From: Paragordius varius
Taxonomy: Eukaryota > Animalia > Nematomorpha
NCBI GenBank assembly: GCA_964247055.1
Contig: OZ176053.1
Location: 13,144,001 to 13,208,000, forward strand
Direction of reading: 5' to 3'
Length of the DNA: 64,000 bases
In this document: piece by piece, positions 28,571 to 36,974 of the stretch
Layout of the letters: every line of letters starts with the position of its first letter
Position numbering within the stretch: position 1 is the first letter of the stretch
Notes under the pieces: model-generated
Told to the model about the DNA's origin: nothing
The model's database searches: none
What the model saw: the letters and a program-made list of their open reading frames with translations, nothing else
Translations under genes and position numbers: made by a program

Positions 28571-29172
28571 CGGTGACCAATATCCGATTTTTAAGGACAA
28601 AGTTTAACTTGAGTATTGATGCGACTTATTGATACGACTAGTTTTATACATTAATTTATAAGGTATCGTTGTAAAAATCGGATATGAAAGAGTTTGTCAA
28701 ACTATCTCTATTATTTGATGTAGTCTTGCTAAGAGAATGTATAAAAAATTATTTTGTTCACCGGTGACCAATATCCGATTTTTAAGGACAAAGTTTAACT
28801 TGAGTATTGATGCGACTAGTTTAATACATTAATTTTTAAAGTATCGTTGTAAAAATCGGATATGAAAGAGTTTGTCAAACTATCTCTATATTTTGATGTA
28901 GTCTTACTAAGAGAATGTATAAAAAATTATTTTGTTCACCGGGGACCAGTATCCGATTTTTAAGGACAAAGTTTAACTTGAGTATTGATGCGACTTATTG
29001 ATACGACTAGTTTTATACATAAATTTATAAAGTATCGTTTTTAAAAATCGGATATGAAAGAGTTTGTCAAACTATCTCTATTATTTGATGTAGTCTTGCT
29101 AAGAGAATGTATAAAAGATAATTTTGTTCACCGGTGACCAATATCCGATTTTTAAGGACAAAGTTTAACTTG

Positions 29173-29177
29173 AGTAT
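29173..29177 (+). other. Target-site duplication, left copy (AGTAT)
   Basis: AGTAT flanks both LTRs. Removing the element and one copy restores the satellite consensus CTTGAGTATTGATGCGAC. Confidence 0.93.
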
Positions 29178-29272
29178 TGATATGATGTTATATTATAGAA
29201 CACATAAATATATTTGATTTATTACTTTGCTACTCAATGCATACTTATAATACTTTTCTGTTATTAATATTT

Positions 29273-29318
29273 TACGTGACATGTTATATACTACGTGACA
29301 AGTTTTAGACTACGTGAC
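29273..29318 (+). promoter_or_regulatory. Three TACGTGAC motifs at exact 19-bp spacing in U3 (second copy 33471-33516); candidate enhancer array
   Basis: Motifs start at 29273, 29292 and 29311, and the intervening bases are degenerate copies of a 19-bp unit. The function is inferred. Confidence 0.6.
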
Positions 29319-29406
29319 TGTTTTATATATGCACACTCATCATTCGCAGAAATTTGTATATGTTAATTCACGATAAAAAATATATAATAACATCCGTTAA
29401 AAAAAC

Positions 29407-29414
29407 TATATAAA
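29407..29414 (+). promoter_or_regulatory. Candidate TATA box TATATAAA in the LTR (second copy 33605-33612)
   Basis: Consensus match downstream of the motif array and upstream of AATAAA. The AT-rich context weakens the call. Confidence 0.45.
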
Positions 29415-29492
29415 CAACAACTTCTTTAAGTGCATTGCATTACTGTGTTTTTTCCCTTATTGTTTTATAATAAATTATACATAAACTAATAT

Positions 29493-29502
29493 TGGCGACG
29501 AG
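29493..29502 (+). promoter_or_regulatory. Primer-binding site TGGCGACGAG, complementary to the 3' end of tRNA-Ser(GCU) (...CUCGUCGCCA)
   Basis: Starts 1 nt after the 5' LTR with TGG, the complement of CCA. The tRNA assignment is from recalled eukaryotic tRNA-Ser(GCU) 3' ends and was not searched. Confidence 0.82.
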
Positions 29503-29526
29503 AAAAAAAAAGATTTATTCTGCCTA

Positions 29527-32500
29527 ATGGAAAATCCCGGAGATACATCATTTAGTAATGCACAAAATCCTCTAAATCGTATAATTCTTGAACCATTTGA
29601 CGAATGTTACAATTTCAAAAATTATGTCAAGCACATAGAAAGGGTACTCGCGGCCAGGGATATTCCTATCACGGATTCCAATATAAAAAAATTATTTTTA
29701 GCTTTCGGTGGTATTAAAATTTTGAACAAAATTGAAAATATTCTATATCCTGATACCATCGAAGATTTGGAATGGCCGGAAATCTATAAAATTGCAGTTC
29801 AAATCTATGCTCCAGACAAAAGTCTATGGGTGAATAGATGTGCATTTTATCGTATTCGTCGTGGTGATAATGAATCTATTCTTTCGTATTTAGAACGTTT
29901 GAAAATTTTGGCCGACAATTCTGGATTTGATTCGGACATTTCTAACAAAATCAGGGATATATTTTTGATTGGATTAAATCAACCCAGATTAGAAAGAGAA
30001 CTCCACATAAAATATCCGCTCGGTAAGTTAGATGACAAACCACTGACACTACAAATGTTGGTCGATATGGCTTTAAGTTTTGAGGAGGCCGATAATCTTC
30101 CCTCGCAAATCAATAAGCTTAAAGTGGATAGATCCAGAAATGTAAAACCTCATGGGAGTTTTAACAAGGGCCATTTTAACAATAATAATTATAAAAACAA
30201 TAAGAATAATGATGTCCGGGATAATAATGATACTAAAGTAAATTGCCGAAATTGTGGATCAGTACATGTGAGAAACAAGTGTCCGGCTTGGGGCAAAACG
30301 TGCTACAATTGCAACAAAAATAACCACTTTAGTTCAATGTGCAAAACAAAGTTGGTGAGAAATTTAGATCAAATTAGATCTATAAAAGCGGGCACTACCC
30401 CTAAAATAAAAGTGAAGATCAACAATAATATGATAGATATGATTTTCGATACCGGTGCTGACTGCTGTCTCATAAGTCAACAAATATGGAAGCAGATCGG
30501 TAGCCCTAAGTTAACGTGGTCCGATCAAATAACCACGTATGATAATAATAAGATAACAATCTTAGGGAAAACTATGGTCACTGTGACGTTGTACAATGAA
30601 AAGAAAACGTTACCATGTATCGTAACTAAAAGCAATTTTGATCCAATTTTTGGATTACCTTGGATAAAAGCGTACAAGCTACCTTTTCCAAAAGGTGTAA
30701 TCAATAATATAAATTCTAATGAGAAGATGGAGCTGACCAAAATATTTCCAAAACTATTCTCAAAGGAACTTGGTTGTTACAACGGCAATCCGATCAAAAT
30801 TTTTTTGACACCGGATGCTAAACCAAAAGCTTTTCCATGCCGTAGAGTTCCTCTACCATTGCAACCATTGGTAGAAAAAGAATTGAATAGATTGTTAGAT
30901 TTGGGGATTATAGAACCAATAGACCCAACAACAACGGAGATATCTTGGGCAACCCCAACGGTCAACGTGTTAAAATCCAATGGGGAGGCTCGTATCTGCG
31001 CCGATTTTCGTGTCACAATCAATCCTTATCTATCAAAAGATTCTCATATCATTCCGACATTTGACCAATTATTGGGTAAAATCGGAAATGGACATTCATT
31101 TTCAGTTTTGGATCTTAAGGATGCCTACTTACAACTACCGGTTGATAAAGAATGCTCTAATATTCTGACAATTACAACACACAGAGGTTACTTTACGTAT
31201 AAACGATTACCTTTCGGGCTCACAAATGCTCCAATGATATTTCAACGAGTTATGGATCAAATTCTGGATGATTGCACAGGCGTTTGTGCTTATCTGGATG
31301 ATGTTCTGGTAACCGGCAATACAGACGCCCAACACAAAGCAAATCTTGAGCATGTGTTGAAGAAACTTGAACAGGCCGGATTCCGTTTGCAACCAGATAA
31401 AATGAAATTCTTCCAGGAAAAAGTAATCTACATGGGATACGAAATATCTAAAAGAGGTATTAAGCCAACGGATGAAAAAATCAAGGCTATTTTGAAATGT
31501 CCTGTTCCAAAGGACAAAACAACATTACGGTCCTTTTTAGGACTATTAAACTTTCATGAAAAATTTATTCCAAGATTACATTCAGCCATAAGTGATCTGC
31601 ACACGTTAACTGGAAACAAAATGCCATGGAAATGGGAGAATATTCATGATAAACAATTTGCACTGTCAAAACAACTAATAGCAAATTTTGTGGAACTGAT
31701 TCCGTACAATCCGCAATTGCCATTATTGATTGAGACCGATGCTTCAAACGAAGGTTTGGGTGCCATCCTTTTCCATATAACCGAAGATGGCAAGCGGCCA
31801 ATCTCTTTCGCATCCAGGAAATGTTTAAATTCTGAAAAACATTATTCGACTATCGAAAGAGAGGCCAAGGCGATTTTGTTCGCGGTAAACAAATTTCACC
31901 CTTTCATATATGGGAGATCTTTTAAAATATTGACTGATCATAAACCACTGATTAAATTATTTGGGGAAGACCGGAACTTAACCGGAGTCAATAATATAAA
32001 ATTATTACGTTGGATTTATAAAATATCGGGGTATGATTATACCATTCATTTCAATAAAGGGGTTCAAAATTTAGCTGATCCTCTATCAAGATTAGCAATT
32101 GACGATCCTGAAATGGATGATGATCATGCTGTAGCTGAAAAAATTCGGTTCTTATCGATGAACAATTTAAACATTAATAAAAAAAATGTATTAGTTCAGT
32201 CCAATAAGGACCCGGTGATAAAAAAATTAAAAATGGCATTAAATTCCAACAATTGGGATGACCCAGATTTAAAAAATTATCAATCACATCGCAACGCTAT
32301 CCAAGCATCGTATGGTTTAGTGTATTTGGAGGATAGGCTCATTGTTCCTAGATCCATGCAAAATGAAGTCCTAAACTACTTTCACACTGGACACCCAGGG
32401 GTAAGTACCATGAAGTCCCTGGCGCGCCACAGTGTATATTGGCCAGGCTTGGACCAAAGTATTGAATTGCTTGCGAAGACATGTGACGCATGTCAAAGAT

Positions 32501-33363
32501 ACAAGCCCAATGTCCAGGAAAATCCAACATACAAATGGAATTTCAACACCGCCGTCTGGGAAAGAATACACATAGATATTGCTGGTCCCATTGATAATTT
32601 CTACTGGCTGGTAACAATTGACAGCTCGTCCAGATGGCTGGAAGTTAATTTATTGAAACAAGTTACGAGCAGGTCTGTTTTAAATTGCTTAGAACAATTG
32701 TTTGCGAGATATGGTTTTCCTAAAATGATAGTAAGTGATAATGCATCGTATTTTGTATCGCACGATTTTGATGAAAGGCTTAAACACTTAAACATCAAAC
32801 ATGTTACGTCGAGTCCGTATCACCCACGAACGAATGGGTTGGTAGAAAGATCTATTTACACATTGAAAACTAAATATAAAGCTACGAAGAGGGCTGACAT
32901 CTCTCCGCAAGAAGCAATGAATACCATTTTGTGGAGCTATCGGCAAACAATTCATAGTGCAACGAGAGCAACACCGTGCTCATTATTCCTAAAAAGAGAA
33001 TTGTTAGGTCCCTTGTCATGGTTAAAGACAATACCATCAGATTTTACGGATAATACTAGAGCCCCCTTACGAGAATTTGACGTTGATGATGCTATTCTGA
33101 TTAAAAATGAAACAGCAGAGGGGTGGCGGAAAGGAAAAGTAATTGAAAGAACAGGATTATTATCTTACAAGACTGATGACGGTAGCAAAATTCAGCGAAA
33201 ACACGCCGATCAGCTACAGAAGTCTGTTATGGCACAACCCGCCCTTGACATTGTACCAGAGATCCCAGTTACGGAAGCTGTGGAGTCGGAGTGTAACTTG
33301 ACAGAAGTACAAAGCCGTTATCCTCGCCGGGAACGAAAAGCTCCAGATCGTCTTTCTTATTAA
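29527..33363 (+). CDS. gag-pol: Single-ORF Gag-Pol polyprotein, 1278 aa, uninterrupted
   Basis: Two zinc knuckles, CRNCGSVHVRNKC and CYNCNKNNHFSSMC (30244-30342). Aspartic protease FDTGAD (D at 30448). RT motifs LDLKDAYLQL, RLPFGL and YLDD (31291-31302). RNase H motifs ETDAS (D at 31738), IERE, TDHKPL and ADPLSRL. Integrase HTGH...CDAC (from 32383), HID, SDN and D-X35-E (E at 32845). Confidence 0.98.
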   Translation: MENPGDTSFSNAQNPLNRIILEPFDECYNFKNYVKHIERVLAARDIPITDSNIKKLFLAFGGIKILNKIENILYPDTIEDLEWPEIYKIAVQIYAPDKSLWVNRCAFYRIRRGDNESILSYLERLKILADNSGFDSDISNKIRDIFLIGLNQPRLERELHIKYPLGKLDDKPLTLQMLVDMALSFEEADNLPSQINKLKVDRSRNVKPHGSFNKGHFNNNNYKNNKNNDVRDNNDTKVNCRNCGSVHVRNKCPAWGKTCYNCNKNNHFSSMCKTKLVRNLDQIRSIKAGTTPKIKVKINNNMIDMIFDTGADCCLISQQIWKQIGSPKLTWSDQITTYDNNKITILGKTMVTVTLYNEKKTLPCIVTKSNFDPIFGLPWIKAYKLPFPKGVINNINSNEKMELTKIFPKLFSKELGCYNGNPIKIFLTPDAKPKAFPCRRVPLPLQPLVEKELNRLLDLGIIEPIDPTTTEISWATPTVNVLKSNGEARICADFRVTINPYLSKDSHIIPTFDQLLGKIGNGHSFSVLDLKDAYLQLPVDKECSNILTITTHRGYFTYKRLPFGLTNAPMIFQRVMDQILDDCTGVCAYLDDVLVTGNTDAQHKANLEHVLKKLEQAGFRLQPDKMKFFQEKVIYMGYEISKRGIKPTDEKIKAILKCPVPKDKTTLRSFLGLLNFHEKFIPRLHSAISDLHTLTGNKMPWKWENIHDKQFALSKQLIANFVELIPYNPQLPLLIETDASNEGLGAILFHITEDGKRPISFASRKCLNSEKHYSTIEREAKAILFAVNKFHPFIYGRSFKILTDHKPLIKLFGEDRNLTGVNNIKLLRWIYKISGYDYTIHFNKGVQNLADPLSRLAIDDPEMDDDHAVAEKIRFLSMNNLNINKKNVLVQSNKDPVIKKLKMALNSNNWDDPDLKNYQSHRNAIQASYGLVYLEDRLIVPRSMQNEVLNYFHTGHPGVSTMKSLARHSVYWPGLDQSIELLAKTCDACQRYKPNVQENPTYKWNFNTAVWERIHIDIAGPIDNFYWLVTIDSSSRWLEVNLLKQVTSRSVLNCLEQLFARYGFPKMIVSDNASYFVSHDFDERLKHLNIKHVTSSPYHPRTNGLVERSIYTLKTKYKATKRADISPQEAMNTILWSYRQTIHSATRATPCSLFLKRELLGPLSWLKTIPSDFTDNTRAPLREFDVDDAILIKNETAEGWRKGKVIERTGLLSYKTDDGSKIQRKHADQLQKSVMAQPALDIVPEIPVTEAVESECNLTEVQSRYPRRERKAPDRLSY

Positions 33364-33375
33364 AGGTGGGAGATA
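33362..33375 (+). promoter_or_regulatory. Polypurine tract AAAGGTGGGAGATA (plus-strand primer), overlapping the ORF stop codon
   Basis: Purine-rich run directly upstream of the 3' LTR. The TAA stop at 33361-33363 overlaps it, so there is no 3' UTR or env space. Confidence 0.85.
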
Positions 33376-33689
33376 TGATATGATGTTATATTATAGAACA
33401 CATAAATATATTTGATTTATTACTTTGCTACTCAATGCATACTTATAATACTTTTCTGTTATTAATATTTTACGTGACATGTTATATACTACGTGACAAG
33501 TTTTAGACTACGTGACTGTTTTATATATGCACACTCATCATTCGCAGAAATTTGTATATGTTAATTCACGATAAAAAATATATAATAACATCCGTTAAAA
33601 AAACTATATAAACAACAACTTCTTTAAGTGCATTGCATTACTGTGTTTTTTCCCTTATTGTTTTATAATAAATTATACATAAACTAATA
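33376..33689 (+). repeat. 3' LTR (314 bp)
   Basis: No mismatch with the 5' LTR found in a by-eye comparison, including the homopolymer runs. Preceded by the PPT and followed by the TSD. Confidence 0.97.
33667..33672 (+). terminator. Candidate polyadenylation signal AATAAA in the 3' LTR (5' copy 29469-29474)
   Basis: Canonical hexamer 17 nt from the LTR end, in the expected R/U5 position. Confidence 0.55.
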
Positions 33690-33694
33690 AGTAT
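33690..33694 (+). other. Target-site duplication, right copy (AGTAT)
   Basis: Lies immediately after the 3' LTR end and matches 29173-29177. Confidence 0.93.
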
Positions 33695-36600
33695 TGATGC
33701 GACTTATTGAGACTAGTTTTATACATTAATTTATAAAGTATCGTTGTGAAAATCGGATATGAATGAGTTTGTCAAACTATCTCTATATTTTGATGTATTC
33801 TTACTAAGAGAATGTATAAAAAATAATTTTGTTCACTGGGGACCAATATCCGATTTTTAAGGACGAAGTTTAACTTGAGTATTGATGCGACTTATTGATA
33901 CGACTAGTTTTATACATTAATTTATAAAGTATCGTAGTAAAAATCGGATATGAAAGAGTTTGTCAAACTATCTCTATATTTTGATGTAGTCTTGCTAAGA
34001 GAATGTATAAAAAATAATTTTGTTCACCGGTGACCAATATCCGATTTTTAAGGACAAAGTTTAACTTGAGTATTGATGCGATTTATTGATACGACTAGTT
34101 TTATACATTAATTTTTAAAGTATCATTGTAAAAATCGGATATGAAATAGTTTGTCAAACTATCACTATATTTTGATGTAGTCTTACTAAGAGAATGTATA
34201 AAAAATAATTTTGTTCACCGGTGACCAATATCCGATTTTTAAGGACAAAGTTTAACTTGAGTATTGATGCGATTTATTGATACGACTAGTTTTATACATT
34301 AATTTTTAAAGTATCATTGTAAAAATCGGATATGAAATAGTTTGTCAAACTATCACTATATTTTGATGTAGTCTTACTAAGAGAATGTATAAAAAATAAT
34401 TTTGTTCACCGGTGACCAATATCCGATTTTTAAGGACAAAGTTTAACTTGAGTATTGATGCGACTTATTGATACGACTAGTTTTATACATTAATTTATAA
34501 AGTATCGTTGTGAAAATCGGATATGAAAGAGTTGGTCAAACTATCTCTATATTTTGATGTAGTCTTGCTAAGAGAATGTATAAAAAATAATTTTGTTCAC
34601 CGGTGACCAATATCCGATTTTTAAGGACAAAGTTTAACTTGAGTATTGATGCGACTAGTTTAACACATTAATTTTTAAAGTATCGTTGTAAAATCGGATA
34701 TGAAAGAGTTTGTCAAACTATCTCTATATTTTGATGTAGTCTTACTAAGAGAATGTATAAAAAATTATTTTGTTCACCGGAGACCAATATCCGATTTTTA
34801 AGGACAAAGTTTAACTTGAGTAATCATGCGACTAATTTTATACATTAATTTTTAAAGTATTGTTGTAAAAATCGGATATGAAAGAGTTTGCCAAACTATC
34901 TCTATATTTATATGTAGTCCTACTAAGAGAATTCAAAAATAAATTTTGTTCACCGGTGACCAATATCCGATTTTTAAGGACAAAGTTTAACTTGAGTATT
35001 GATGCGACTTATTGATACGACTAGTTTTATACATTAATTTATAAAGTATCGTTGTAAAAATCGGATATGAAAGAGTTTGTCAAACTATCTCTATTATTTG
35101 ATGTAGTCTTGCTAAGAGAATGTATAAAAAATTATTTTGTTCACCGGTGACCAATATCCGATTTTTAAGGACAAAGTTTAACTTGAGTATTGATGCGACT
35201 AGTTTAATACATTAATTTTTAAAGTATCGTTGTAAAAATCGGATATGAAAGAGTTTGTCAAACTATCTCTATATTTTGATGTAGTCTTACTAAGAGAATG
35301 TATAAAAAATTATTTTGTTCACCGGGGACCAATATCCGATTTTTAAGGATAAGTTTAACTTGAGTATTGATGCAACTTATTGATACGACTAGTTTTATAC
35401 ATTAATTTATAAAGTATCGTTGTAAAAATCGGATATGAAAGAGTTTGTCAAACTATCTCTATTATTTGATGTAGTCTTACTAAGAGAATGTATAAAAAAT
35501 TATTTGGTTCACCGGGGACCAATATCCGATTTTTAAGGACAAAGTTTAACTTGAGTATTGATGGGACTTATTGATACGACTAGTTTAATACATTAATTTT
35601 TAAAGTATCGTTGTAAAAATCGGATATGAAAGAGTTTGTCAAACTATCTCTATATTTTGATGTAGTCTTACTAAGAGAATATATAAAAAATTATTTGGTT
35701 CACCGGGGACCAATATCCGATTTTTAAGGACAAAGTTTAACTTGAGTAATCATGCGACTAGTTAAATACATTAATTTTTAAAGTATCGTTGTAAAAATCG
35801 GATATGGAAAGAGTTTGTCAAACTATCTCTATATTTTGATGTAGTCTTACTAAGAGAATGTATAAAAAATTATTTTGTTCACCGGTGACCAATATCCGAT
35901 TTTTAAGGACAAAGTTTAACTTGAATATTGATGCGACTAGTTTAATACATTAATTTTTAAAGTATCGTTGAACAATCCGGATAGGAAAGAGTTTGCCAAA
36001 CTATCTCTATATTTTGATGTAGTCCTACTAAGAGAATGTATAAAAAATAATTTTGTTCACCGGTGACCAATATCCGATTTTTAAGGACAAAGTTTAACTT
36101 GAGTATTGATACGATTTATTGATACGACTAGTTTTATACATTAATTTTTAAAGTATCGTTGTAAAAATCGGATATGAAAGAGTTTGTCAAACTATCTCTA
36201 TATTTTGATGTAGTCTTACTAAGAGAATGTATAAAAAATAATTTTGTTCACCGGTGACCAATATCCGATTTTTAAGGACAAAGTTTAACTTGAGTATTGA
36301 TGCGACTAGTTTAACACATTAATTTTAAAGTATCGTTGTAAAAATCGGATATGGAAAGAGTTTGTCAAACTATCTCTATATTTTGATGTAGTCTTACTAA
36401 GAGAATGTATAAAAAATTATTTTGTTCACCGGTGACCAATATCCGATTTTTAAGGAAAAAGTTTAACTTGAGTATTAATGCGACTAGTTTAACACATTAA
36501 TTTTTAAAGTATCGTTGTAAAAATCGGATATGAAAGAGTTTGTCAAAATATCTCTATATTTTGATGTAGTCTTACTAAGAGAATGTATAAAAAATAATTT

Positions 36601-36974
36601 TGTTCACCGGTATATCCGATTTTTAAGGACAAAGTTTAACTTGAGTATTGATGCGACTGGTTATAGCATAATTTTTAAAGTATCGTTGTAAAAATCGGAT
36701 ATGAAAGAGTTTGTCAAACTATCTCTATAATTTGATGTAGTCTTACTAAGAGAATGTATAAAAAATAATTTTGTTCACCGGTGACCAATATCCGATTTTT
36801 AAGGACAAAGTTTAACTTGAGTATTGATGCGATTTATTGATACGACTAGTTTTATACATTAATTTTTAAAGTATCATTGTAAAAATCGGATATGAAATAG
36901 TTTGTCAAACTATCACTATATTTTGATGTAGTCTTACTAAGAGAATGTATAAAAAATAATTTTGTTCATCGGTG

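Larger units (their letters stand above)
1..29177 (+). repeat. Satellite DNA array, left arm (178/191-bp monomers, head-to-tail)
   Basis: Consensus 178-mer ATAATTTTGTTCACCGGTGACCAATATCCGATTTTTAAGGACAAAGTTTAACTTGAGTATTGATGCGACTAGTTTAATACATTAATTTTTAAAGTATCGTTGTAAAAATCGGATATGAAAGAGTTTGTCAAACTATCTCTATATTTTGATGTAGTCTTACTAAGAGAATGTATAAAAA recurs continuously (e.g. CAATATCC at 2401 and 2579, spacing 178). 191-bp monomers carry an extra 13 bp. About 160 monomers. Confidence 0.99.
29178..29491 (+). repeat. 5' LTR (314 bp; TGATATG...AACTAATA)
   Basis: Identity with 33376-33689 begins at TGATATGATG (preceding bases differ: GAGTAT vs GAGATA) and ends at AAACTAATA (following bases differ: TTGGCG vs AGTATT). 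Confidence 0.97.
29178..33689 (+). mobile_element. Full-length Ty3/Gypsy LTR retrotransposon, Mag-like clade, 4512 bp
   Basis: Two 314-bp direct repeats at offset 4198, a 5-bp TSD, a PBS and a PPT. The single ORF has domain order Gag-PR-RT-RH-IN (integrase last, so Gypsy rather than Copia). The double CCHC with a CPAxGKxC linker, short LTRs, single ORF and TGGCGACGAG PBS are typical of Mag-clade elements. The clade call is from motif recognition, not a tree. Confidence 0.97.

Noticed and set aside
29173-29181. Alternative boundary with a 9-bp TSD (AGTATTGAT), or homology-driven insertion, because the LTR and the target both continue TGAT
   Set aside because: TGAT is also present at the start of the 3' LTR after the PPT, so it belongs to the LTR. 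A 5-bp TSD with a TG start fits Mag-type integration, and 4 nt of microhomology is weak evidence.
29178-29491. Satellite derived from the LTR, or sequence exchange between them (shared TTATACATAAA and AGTTTTAGAC)
   Set aside because: These are only 10-11-bp AT-rich matches to minority satellite variants with no extended alignment, which is compatible with chance.
30525-32798. Eight short ORFs (60-82 aa) antisense to or out of frame within gag-pol
   Set aside because: They are shadows of the long coding frame with no recognisable motifs, and their lengths are as expected by chance.
33240-33375. env gene or additional ORF
   Set aside because: The ORF stop overlaps the PPT, so there is no room. 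The element is not an errantivirus-type endogenous retrovirus.
36601-36680. Unique monomer with a 5-bp deletion (CACCGGTATATCC) and TTATAGCATA
   Set aside because: This is a single aberrant monomer, consistent with ordinary mutation or a consensus error, with no sign of an insertion footprint.
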